Of a DNA stretch of 64,000 bases, positions 47,938 through 56,144 are shown piece by piece; position 1 is the stretch's first letter; every line of letters starts with the position of its first letter. Under the pieces are notes generated by a model. It ran no database searches and was not told where the DNA came from. It saw only the letters and a program-made list of their open reading frames with translations. The DNA comes from Candidatus Fraserbacteria bacterium (GTDB taxonomy: Bacteria; Bipolaricaulota; Bipolaricaulia; RBG-16-55-9), in NCBI GenBank assembly GCA_037442925.1, contig JBBIPG010000001.1:1368-65367 (forward strand), in the 5' to 3' direction. The translations under genes and the position numbers were made by a program.

Positions 47938-48062
47938 GACAACCTTGGCAATCACCCCGGAACCGGCCCAGCGTGCTCGATGGGTAGGTGTGTTTGCCAT
48001 AGACGCAAGGAAGCAACTAGCGGTCAGCAATCAGCTCTCAGCTAAAGGCAAGAGCTGAAGGC
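47938..48062. repeat. Copy B of about 125-bp direct repeat
   Basis: See copy A. Confidence 0.6.
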
Positions 48063-48156
48063 CACTCCCAACATTCAGGCAGATTAAATCGGGCGGTCTA
48101 GTTGCCTGAGTACCGGCCTACTGTCTAAGATGTAAAAATCGACAAATGGAGCGGTC

Positions 48157-48429
48157 ATGGCCGATGGCGATGTGGACCTTCTGGAGCGAATGCGCCGCAC
48201 ACGCAGCGGCTGGGGCGAGGATGACTTGGACAGACTTTATCGTAGCTTCAGCTTCCGCGAGATCACACGCCCCAGGGCCCCTCACCGTGTCTACGTCCAC
48301 CCTGCTCACCCTGACCTACGAGCTACTGTCGCGCGCAAAAAATCTCTGCCCAAGGGCTATCCGACCACGGCCGTACGCATCATTGATCAACTCTTGGAGA
48401 GACAGAAAGCGAAAGGGGGAAGCCCATGA
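48157..48429 (+). CDS. hicA: HicA-like mRNA interferase toxin
   Basis: 90 aa. SGWGEDDLDRLYRSFSF...HRVYVHPAHPDLRATVARKK fits HicA dsRBD-like pattern. Confidence 0.55.
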   Translation: MADGDVDLLERMRRTRSGWGEDDLDRLYRSFSFREITRPRAPHRVYVHPAHPDLRATVARKKSLPKGYPTTAVRIIDQLLERQKAKGGSP

Positions 48430-48665
48430 AGAAAGACGTAGATTATTATGACCGATTGCCTTGGAGGGTGCAGATCGAACCCGAGCGTCAAGACGACGGG
48501 ACGATCGTTTACATTGCCTCGCATCCGGAGTTTGAGGGCGTGCTGGGCAGTGGAACCACACCCGAAGAGGCGTTGGTCGATTTGCGCAAAGCACGCCGCG
48601 CGATGATCGAGGCATTGCTGTCGGAGGGTTACTCCGTGCCAGAACCAGCAGCCGTAGTGGTTTAG
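48426..48665 (+). CDS. hicB: HicB-like antitoxin (UPF0150)
   Basis: 79 aa. DGTIVYIASHPEFEGVLGSGTTPEEALVDLRKA. 4-nt overlap with hicA. Confidence 0.55.
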   Translation: MKKDVDYYDRLPWRVQIEPERQDDGTIVYIASHPEFEGVLGSGTTPEEALVDLRKARRAMIEALLSEGYSVPEPAAVVV

Positions 48666-48703
48666 CTTGGCTCTTCCTTGCTTGTGCCTGACAGCGTTGT
48701 GGA

Positions 48704-48964
48704 GTGCCAGGGAATGCGGATGAAGAACGACGCAACGAGGGGCTCAGCATCGCAGAGGTCGAACAAGCTTTGCTCAATGGACGCATTCTGGAGGATTATC
48801 CTCAAGATCCTCGCGGACCTTCGTGCCTGGTTTATGGGGATGCCGGAGGGCAGCCCATTCACGTGGTCTGCGGACGTAACCGCTCAGGATGGCTCGTGCT
48901 GATCATTGTGTATGTTCCGACAATGCCGAAATGGAAAAGCCAGACAGAAAGGAGTCAGCCATGA
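48704..48964 (+). CDS. DUF4258 putative toxin
   Basis: About 86 aa. ...ILEDYPQDPRGPSCLVYG...PIHVVCG...LIIVYVPT pattern. Start uncertain. Confidence 0.5.
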   Translation: MPGNADEERRNEGLSIAEVEQALLNGRILEDYPQDPRGPSCLVYGDAGGQPIHVVCGRNRSGWLVLIIVYVPTMPKWKSQTERSQP

Positions 48965-49107
48965 AGCCTTATGATGACTGCATCCATTGCGGCGGCCGGG
49001 TGGACGAACGCCTGGAGTGCATCGACTATCGCTACCACGGACAGCTCTTCATCCTGGGGCCGCGCCTCTCCAAGCTCGGGCTTTACATGCTGAGCGATCT
49101 GTTCTAG
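48961..49107 (+). CDS. YgiT/MqsA-type zinc-finger antitoxin-like protein
   Basis: 48 aa. MKPYDDCIHCGG...ECIDYRY. Overlaps DUF4258 stop (ATGA). Confidence 0.45.
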   Translation: MKPYDDCIHCGGRVDERLECIDYRYHGQLFILGPRLSKLGLYMLSDLF

Positions 49108-49152
49108 AATGTGCAAGGTATCCAAGAAGACAGCTAAGCTCAGGATTGGCGT

Positions 49153-49500
49153 ATGCTTCGCGAAGGAGGCGAGTGGATGATTTCTTTTGACGATTTTCTC
49201 AAGCTGGACATTCGCATGGCAGAGATCGCGGCAGCAGAGCGCGTCCCCGGCACTGACAAACTCCTTAAGTTGACGGTGAATTTGGGAAGCGAAACCCGGC
49301 AACTTGTGGCAGGTATTGCGAAATCTTACGCACCGGAGAGTCTTGTTGGAAAGAAAATACCCATCGTGACCAATCTCGAACCTAAGACCATTCGAGGCAT
49401 CGAAAGCCAAGGGATGATCCTCTGCCCTTCCACGTCCGAGGGAAAGCCGGTCTTGCTCCTGCCCGACCGGGATGTGCCACTGGGAGCCAAAGTGAAGTAA
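49153..49500 (+). CDS. csaA: tRNA-binding protein CsaA (EMAP/MetRS C-terminal-like)
   Basis: 115 aa, LDIRMAEIAAAERVPGTDKLLKLTV. Confidence 0.8.
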   Translation: MLREGGEWMISFDDFLKLDIRMAEIAAAERVPGTDKLLKLTVNLGSETRQLVAGIAKSYAPESLVGKKIPIVTNLEPKTIRGIESQGMILCPSTSEGKPVLLLPDRDVPLGAKVK

Positions 49501-49506
49501 TTGCGT

Positions 49507-51618
49507 TCACGGAGCTTGGCCTGCCTCGATCGATTCGGCAACGAGTTCGGCAATGTCCTTGTCTTGTAGGGGGAGACTCTTGTTCTTGATGCCATCCTCG
49601 AGCATGATCATACAAAAGGGGCAGGCCGTTGCCACGATCTCCGGCTTGACTTCCATCGCTTGCATGAGCCGTCGGTCGTTCACCCGTTTTTCGGGCTCCT
49701 CCTCTACCCACATGAGTCCTCCGCCCGCACCGCAACACATACCCTTCTCACGGGAGCGTTTCATCTCTACTCGCCGGGTGCCTGGAATGGCATCCAACGT
49801 CGCTCGCGGTGCATCATAGACCTTGTTGTAGCGACCCAAGTAGCAAGAATCGTGGTACGTGATCGTCTGTCGTACCTCTTTTGTGAGTCTGACTCTGCCC
49901 TCTTTGACAAGCTGGGCAATGAGCTGTGAATGATGTACAACTTCGTAATGACCGCCGAAATCTGGATATTCGTTCTGGAAGGTGTTGTAGCAATGTGGAC
50001 AGACGGTCAAGATCTTCTTGACGCCGTAGGTGTTGAATCTCTCGATGTTCTGTTGCGCCTGCATCTGGAAGAGATACTCATGACCGATGCGCCGCGCCGG
50101 ATCGCCGGTACAGGTCTCTTCTTCACCCAGAATCGCGAAGGTGATACCCGCGGCGCGCAAGATTTGAACAAGGCTTCGGGCGATCTTGTGGTTCCTCGGC
50201 TCAAAGGCCGTTGCGCATCCCACCCAGAAGAGATACTCCACTTCCGTGGCCGGATTCGCGCCTGTCGGCTGTAGCTGGCTCATGACCGGGACATTGAGCC
50301 CCTTTGCCCACTCCAGTCGCACCTCGGCGGTCATGTTCCAGGGATTGCCTCGCCCATCGAAACCCTTGAAAACATCCGTGAAGTGCGACGGGTATTTGTC
50401 CTTGATCATGACTTCGTTTCGTCGCATGGCCAAAATCTTATCCAGCTGATTGATCTGAATGGGACAGGCAGCCACACAAGCCATGCAGGTCGTGCAAGCC
50501 CAAATCTCTTCCGGTTTCACAGCCAGTGGCACGACGTCTTGCGGCTCCTTGGCTTTGCCAAAGAGCGGGACTTCTTCATAGGCGTGATCCCTCAGTTCGA
50601 GGATGATCTCCTTGGGCGAGAGGACTTTGCCGGAGATGTGTGCGGGACACTCCGCTTCGCAACGCCCACACTCCGTGCAGCTGTAGAGATCGAGGATGTC
50701 CCGCCAACTGAGGTCTTTGATCGTTTGAAGACCCAATACTTCGTTGCGCTCGAACGCACCTTCCACATCCAGCTTCGTCATGCGCCCCTGGGGAGCTGTC
50801 TTGTAGAAGATCACGTTAGGCAAGCTTGTGATGATATGAAAGTGCTTCGAGATAGGAAGATAATTCAAGAAGACGAGGATCAAGAAGAGATGGAACCACC
50901 AAGAGGCAAAATGCAGGGAGCTGAGCGCCGCTTCGTTCAGCCCAACTTGGGTGAGAAGCCATGCAGCCGTACCGCTGGCAAACGCCCAAGCACCTCGTGG
51001 ATTGCCTTCCAACGCAAAGAGCGCTCCATCGAGCAGCAGATCTGTGACCATCAGCATGAAAATCAGCAACAGAATGAAGATGGCTCCTCCGGAGAGCGTA
51101 AGTCGCGCCTTTTTCGCGATCAGCCTCTGATAGAGCCAATAGAGGCACCCCAGCATCACGAGCAGAGAGAAAGCGTCTTTCGCAAAGAAGTAGAGATTGC
51201 CCCATACGTTCACGGGAATATCGAGGCTTGGAGCGAAACCGGAAATGAATAGACTGACCGTACGCACGGCGTAGATGAGAAATCCCCAGAAGATGAAGGC
51301 GTGCATCAAGCCTGCGAATAGATCCTTGAAGAGACCTCGTTGCGCGAAGAAGTAGAGGAATGTGTTGACAAGGCGCTTGCCCCATTCGTGAAAGCGATCC
51401 TCTGGGCCTCCCCGGGCAAGCAGTTGCCATCGCCTCCACATGACGTAGGAGAAGAGTGCAAGGCTCACAAACAGCATCGCTGCCAGCCAAATACGACCGC
51501 TCAATCCAAGAAAGTCGAAATCTGTTGGGTGCATGAGTGGACTCCCCTCTACAACACTCTGACAATAGCCGAAGCGAAAGATCTCTGTCAAATGGAAGCG
51601 GGATAAAGCAGTTGACAA
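49507..51618 (-). CDS. Fe-S oxidoreductase: NarI-like cytochrome-b membrane domain fused to HdrD-like domain (2x4Fe-4S plus two CCG motifs)
   Basis: N-terminal about 6 TM. CTECGRCEAECP and CTTCMACVAACP ferredoxin motifs. CPHC.../CCGAGGG.../CPFC Cys-rich CCG domains. Confidence 0.75.
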   Translation of the reverse strand: MSTALSRFHLTEIFRFGYCQSVVEGSPLMHPTDFDFLGLSGRIWLAAMLFVSLALFSYVMWRRWQLLARGGPEDRFHEWGKRLVNTFLYFFAQRGLFKDLFAGLMHAFIFWGFLIYAVRTVSLFISGFAPSLDIPVNVWGNLYFFAKDAFSLLVMLGCLYWLYQRLIAKKARLTLSGGAIFILLLIFMLMVTDLLLDGALFALEGNPRGAWAFASGTAAWLLTQVGLNEAALSSLHFASWWFHLFLILVFLNYLPISKHFHIITSLPNVIFYKTAPQGRMTKLDVEGAFERNEVLGLQTIKDLSWRDILDLYSCTECGRCEAECPAHISGKVLSPKEIILELRDHAYEEVPLFGKAKEPQDVVPLAVKPEEIWACTTCMACVAACPIQINQLDKILAMRRNEVMIKDKYPSHFTDVFKGFDGRGNPWNMTAEVRLEWAKGLNVPVMSQLQPTGANPATEVEYLFWVGCATAFEPRNHKIARSLVQILRAAGITFAILGEEETCTGDPARRIGHEYLFQMQAQQNIERFNTYGVKKILTVCPHCYNTFQNEYPDFGGHYEVVHHSQLIAQLVKEGRVRLTKEVRQTITYHDSCYLGRYNKVYDAPRATLDAIPGTRRVEMKRSREKGMCCGAGGGLMWVEEEPEKRVNDRRLMQAMEVKPEIVATACPFCMIMLEDGIKNKSLPLQDKDIAELVAESIEAGQAP

Positions 51619-51661
51619 CTCTCACGAGAGTCCGCTATGATCTCTGAGAGGTTAGAGGGAT

Positions 51662-52312
51662 ATGCCTAGAGCAACCGTTGACTCTCATCATATCCGAGTC
51701 CTCTACGATCAGTTGGCTTCGGGCTACGATCGCCGTACTGCACTGAGCGATTTCTTATTCTTGAAGCGTTTTCGCCGACAGCTTCTGGCCTCGGCTCATG
51801 GGCGAGTTCTGGAGATCGGCATCGGAACGGGCCGAAATCTCCCCTATTATCCACGCGATTGTGACATCACGGGCGTGGATATCTCTCCCAAAATGCTTGA
51901 AGCAGCAGCACATCGAGCAGCCCAGATGGGTCTTAAGGTGAAGCTCTTGCAGATGGATGGCCATGAACTCAGCTTCCCCAGTTCTAGTTTCGACACGGTA
52001 GTGAGCAGCTTGTCGCTCTGCACCGTGATCGATCCGGTCAAAGCCCTGGCAGAGATGTCTCGGGTGAGCGTTCCCAATGGACGCATCTTGCTGCTCGAGC
52101 ACGGTCGAAGCCGATACCGCTGGGTCTGCCGCCTTCTGGATTTATTGGCGCCCCACCAGATTGGCAAGTACGGCTGCCATCCGAATCGGAATATCTTGGC
52201 GCTGGTACAAGCCGCAGATCTCGTGGTATTACAGATCGAGCGCCACTTTCTGGGTGGCATCCTGCAAGTGATCCGTGCGCGACCTCCGCGCTCTGGCACG
52301 ATCTCCAAATGA
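51662..52312 (+). CDS. Class I SAM-dependent methyltransferase
   Basis: VLEIGIGTGRNL motif I. Confidence 0.75.
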   Translation: MPRATVDSHHIRVLYDQLASGYDRRTALSDFLFLKRFRRQLLASAHGRVLEIGIGTGRNLPYYPRDCDITGVDISPKMLEAAAHRAAQMGLKVKLLQMDGHELSFPSSSFDTVVSSLSLCTVIDPVKALAEMSRVSVPNGRILLLEHGRSRYRWVCRLLDLLAPHQIGKYGCHPNRNILALVQAADLVVLQIERHFLGGILQVIRARPPRSGTISK

Positions 52313-52339
52313 GACCCCAGTGCGCAGAATGGTCTTGAG

Positions 52340-55063
52340 CTAGCTTGTCGTTGAGAAGCGCGGCTCGAGCATAAGATAGACCTGAGGCTGTGCTGTGCCG
52401 ATGCCGTAAGCAAAACCCACTCGAAGCGAGCCAGTCATGAGCCCGTATCCCAGCACGACCTGGAGTTGGAGTTCTGCTCCCAAAGCGACCCGACTTTGAT
52501 CGAGTTCTAGAGTCGATCCGACCGTTCCGGCATCCACAAATAGGCTGCCGCGAAGATCGTCAAGAAATAGGGGTGAAATGGAGTCCCCGCAGCACGCCCA
52601 CTCGATGGCCCATACAGGGAATCGATATTCTGCGGTCATCGAAACAAGCTCGGATCCTACGGAGATGTTCGCAAAGCCGCGCAGCGGATACTTCCCGCTG
52701 ACACCTCCCAGACGGAACTCCTCGCGATCGCTCCAGGCGGCACCGGCTCGGAAGAGAAACTCGTGTGGGCCGACGGGATTCTCAAACGGAAGCTGAAACT
52801 CTTCACGCCATTCCAGAGTCAACCGACGCGCCAGTCCCTGCAAGGGCCATGTCAGACTGCCCTGGATCGCCAGTGAGGAGCGGCGCTGGAACAGGTCGAA
52901 CCCTTGCGCATCCATGAGTCGTTCCGTGAGAGATACCTCGGCCGCGCCGCGCTCTTGCCCTAGAGCCAGTGTCAAGACACGCTCACGGTTCAAGCTCTCT
53001 CCCCAGGGGAATTCCAGTGCGAACTCCTGACGCTCTTGTACAGGGCTCCCCTGCACACGGAAGTGAAGGGCGGGAAAGAACTGGTTATTGATGTAGCCAA
53101 ACTCGTAGAAAAACTCGAACGTGTCGGTACTCAATCCCACGTTGAGGTCGTAGCGATGTCGATGAAGCGGATCTTCGTTTTGCGTGAAGAACCCCACTTC
53201 CGTCATTCCGACAAAGGGCACCCAGAAGGTCGGGATCAGTGCAGGCACTGGATCGTAGATCACCGGTCGCAGCTTTTGAACTTCCTTAGCAGAGAGTGCA
53301 CTGGCCATCTGAGGCGTCTTCACGCTGGCTGAGTTGCTCGAAGGCGGCTTGAGACTCCAACGGGCGGGGTCATACTCCGCACGCTGTAGGCTGAATCCGT
53401 TTTCCGTGTAGCCTACGATGAGGAGGTGCTGTCCATCGGACGAGACGGCAGGGTCAAAACTGCCGCTGAGGGAACGGGTGACACGGAAGAGCTGGCGATC
53501 TCCCAGGCGAAGAGCGTAGACATCAAAAATGCCCTCACGGTTGGACGAGAAGAGAATGAAACGGCCATCGGGTGAGAAGACGGGATCGAAGTCGAGAGCT
53601 GGGTCTTGGGTCAGAGGAATCGGTTCCCCTCCTTGGCTATTCATGAGATATATATCTTGCCCCTGCTCACTCTTCCAGAGGGAGAGCGCGATGAGTTTTC
53701 CATCCGGAGAGATGCTCATGGAGTGGACGCGTTGGTCCCTATCGAATTCCGTGAGTACTTGACGGCTCTTAGTAAGAAGATCGAAGACGACCAACGCACT
53801 TGTTCCTGCGGTGCCGTTGCGAGCGAAGAGCAAACGGCGGCCATCTAAGAAGGATTCTACCTGGTAGACTCTCTCGCCATACGTGAGACGCGCCTCGCGC
53901 CGACTTTCAAGATCATACAGGTAGAGATCATAGACGCGAGAGCCATGGGTGATGCCGAGCTTAGGATAAGTCAGTGTGATCGCATCCAGCCAGGCTGGCG
54001 GACCACATTCGCAAGCCAGCAGTGGCTGATCGTCTGTCCCGTTGGGCCGGATCCAGCGTAAGCCGGAGCTACGCTGTGGATCTTGGTGATAGTAGGCAAT
54101 GGCATCACCCAACGGGGATTCCGCGGGCCAGACACTCCAGAAATCCAGGGAGCCTAGAGGGGTTCGCGCGGTTACCCCGCCTTGGCTCTGGATCTCGTCT
54201 TGAAGCCGGGCCGAGCGCTCCTCTGCCCAGAACCGAAAGTCCTGATAGGTTTTTTCAGAGGACTGACCCGTCGCGATACTCAATGGACCTGAGAGGAAAG
54301 AACCCAGGAGATTGGTCGCATAGGCTCGGCTGATCTCTTGAATCGCTTCATGACCGTATGTTTCATCCAGATACGCCAGCAGCACGGACCCAACGAAGTA
54401 GGCTTGTACGTCAGCGGAAGGCCAAACCTTCTTCGTGTACGGGGAACTCAATTGCGCCAGAGTAGGCAAGCGCTCTGATTCAGCCATGGCCCGGAGGCTC
54501 ATCTCGGCAAGACCCGGATCGCGATGAGTCCGGTAGATGAGACCCTCTCGCCACCAGAGCGGCTTCACGAGACCGGGGGCAACGAGACTCCCGAAGATCG
54601 CCCGCAGATCCGCGGTGATTCCTTCCACTCGCGTCGCGTCAACGATACGTCCGTATTCAGAAAAGATGATCTCCTCAAGCCACGATTCCCTCGGGGAGCT
54701 CCACAGTTCAGTGGACCACCCATACGGGTGATCGATCACCATGACGTTGTGGGGAAAGATGCTCCGGACGACTGTTGTGACATCGCTACGATCCGTCAGC
54801 ACGATATAGGTCTTTGCCGGCTCGGAATACTGGAGCTTCTGAGCCCAGTACTCATGAGCTCTTTCCGCAAGGAGAGCGGCTTCCTTCGCTAATTCGAAGA
54901 GATCATCCGGGAAGAGGATCTCAAAGTGCTCGGTCTTAAGAGCCTGCCAGTTGCGAGCCGAAGCCTGCGTTCCCCAGGGCAAAGGAGTAGGTGCTCCGTC
55001 GAGAGTGATGAACCATATTGCGACAGCTGCGAGTACCCAGATCAACCACGACCTCACGTACAC
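52340..55063 (-). CDS. Large envelope protein: N-terminal domain, TolB-like PD40 beta-propeller repeats, C-terminal Omp85-family beta-barrel
   Basis: 907 aa. N-terminal signal/TM. PD40-type repeats (SPDGKLIAL..., FSPDGRFILFSS...). C-terminal YPLRGF ... LFVDAGTVG motifs typical of Omp85/BamA barrels. Confidence 0.55.
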   Translation of the reverse strand: MYVRSWLIWVLAAVAIWFITLDGAPTPLPWGTQASARNWQALKTEHFEILFPDDLFELAKEAALLAERAHEYWAQKLQYSEPAKTYIVLTDRSDVTTVVRSIFPHNVMVIDHPYGWSTELWSSPRESWLEEIIFSEYGRIVDATRVEGITADLRAIFGSLVAPGLVKPLWWREGLIYRTHRDPGLAEMSLRAMAESERLPTLAQLSSPYTKKVWPSADVQAYFVGSVLLAYLDETYGHEAIQEISRAYATNLLGSFLSGPLSIATGQSSEKTYQDFRFWAEERSARLQDEIQSQGGVTARTPLGSLDFWSVWPAESPLGDAIAYYHQDPQRSSGLRWIRPNGTDDQPLLACECGPPAWLDAITLTYPKLGITHGSRVYDLYLYDLESRREARLTYGERVYQVESFLDGRRLLFARNGTAGTSALVVFDLLTKSRQVLTEFDRDQRVHSMSISPDGKLIALSLWKSEQGQDIYLMNSQGGEPIPLTQDPALDFDPVFSPDGRFILFSSNREGIFDVYALRLGDRQLFRVTRSLSGSFDPAVSSDGQHLLIVGYTENGFSLQRAEYDPARWSLKPPSSNSASVKTPQMASALSAKEVQKLRPVIYDPVPALIPTFWVPFVGMTEVGFFTQNEDPLHRHRYDLNVGLSTDTFEFFYEFGYINNQFFPALHFRVQGSPVQERQEFALEFPWGESLNRERVLTLALGQERGAAEVSLTERLMDAQGFDLFQRRSSLAIQGSLTWPLQGLARRLTLEWREEFQLPFENPVGPHEFLFRAGAAWSDREEFRLGGVSGKYPLRGFANISVGSELVSMTAEYRFPVWAIEWACCGDSISPLFLDDLRGSLFVDAGTVGSTLELDQSRVALGAELQLQVVLGYGLMTGSLRVGFAYGIGTAQPQVYLMLEPRFSTTS

Positions 55064-55094
55064 GTACGTTCCTCTCTCCTTAAGGTTCGGATCT

Positions 55095-56144
55095 TCAGGG
55101 AAGCACCCCAGCCTCCACGGTCAATACGGGAACGCCGTCGCGGGTGACGGCCAGACTGATATTCACATTTAGGTCCGGGAAGCTAAGCGAAGTCCCCCAG
55201 CCGAAGAGCACTTCGTTCGACTCTTCTCCATCGCCCAATACCATGCCACCCTCGAAGAAGACCGACGAGAGCAGGCGGAGTCGCACGGGAATCCATCCGA
55301 GCCTCTCTCCCAGAATGTCCCTGAGATCCAACTGGAAGATCTGAGCTGAAAGCACTTCAAAGCCCTGTTCGAGCGAGAACAAGAAGAATCGATGGCCCGC
55401 AAACGAAGCGGGATAGCTGCGAAGCCCCAGATTGAAGCGAAAGCCTGGCAGGTCGGCGGGGTTATCTAACTCTCCCAGGCGAAACTCCAACGTGGTCTCA
55501 TCGACCCACAATCTGGTCGAGCTAAAGAAAGTCTGAAAGGAGCTTTCGAGGTCGGTCAGAGGCTGACCGAACAGAAACTCTCCGCGAGTCTCCAGAGTGA
55601 TGCCGAGCGGCAGTGGCCAGTGAAGGAAACCGCTCAGGTGAAAGTATCGCACATCCGGACCTTCCATCTCGCCTTCCCCTGGCCAGAGGCGCCCCAAGAA
55701 TCCCGTTCCTTGGAGCTGGCTTTGCTGGAGAACTGCGCCAAGAAGTCCCTCTCCTTCACTCCCCAGCAGTCGATTGAGTGCCAGCAGGTCCAGCGACGCA
55801 TGAATACCCTGTTCGCCTTGACGACCGAATACCAAGCTGCTCGGCCAGTCTCCATAGGAGATCCTCAGAGCGTTCTGGTATTGCAGGCCCGTTCGGAAGC
55901 GTCCCATCTGGCTCAACACGCCATAGGCTCCGCCTGCTTCCAGTTCCAACCCCAAGCCTTCCAGAGTTAATGCAAAATCCAGTCCCAGCAGCAGGCCGTC
56001 GCGATGGCTCTCCGCGATCACAGGGCGCAGATGGGGAATCGCACCGATGGGTTGCTGCTCCTGGGACCAACCACTAAACCCGCTCAAAGCGACGAGCCCC
56101 AGAGTGAGCCATGCCCAACTGTATCTCCATCCTCGATCACTCAT
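55095..56144 (-). CDS. Secreted hypothetical protein, possibly outer-membrane beta-barrel
   Basis: 349 aa, signal peptide, alternating hydrophobic pattern. Start overlaps ABC-F stop. Confidence 0.45.
   Translation of the reverse strand: MSDRGWRYSWAWLTLGLVALSGFSGWSQEQQPIGAIPHLRPVIAESHRDGLLLGLDFALTLEGLGLELEAGGAYGVLSQMGRFRTGLQYQNALRISYGDWPSSLVFGRQGEQGIHASLDLLALNRLLGSEGEGLLGAVLQQSQLQGTGFLGRLWPGEGEMEGPDVRYFHLSGFLHWPLPLGITLETRGEFLFGQPLTDLESSFQTFFSSTRLWVDETTLEFRLGELDNPADLPGFRFNLGLRSYPASFAGHRFFLFSLEQGFEVLSAQIFQLDLRDILGERLGWIPVRLRLLSSVFFEGGMVLGDGEESNEVLFGWGTSLSFPDLNVNISLAVTRDGVPVLTVEAGVLP

Noticed and set aside
47830-48045. 71-aa ORF spanning repeat copy B
   Set aside because: The corresponding frame in repeat copy A is interrupted by a stop. 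Only a short sub-frame (CVCHR..K) is shared, which is reported as a finding rather than a CDS.
50383-51625. ORFs 50383..51252 (+) and 50816..51625 (-) overlapping the HdrD-like gene
   Set aside because: HdrD-like frame has multiple Cys motifs and TM helices. Others are shadow ORFs.
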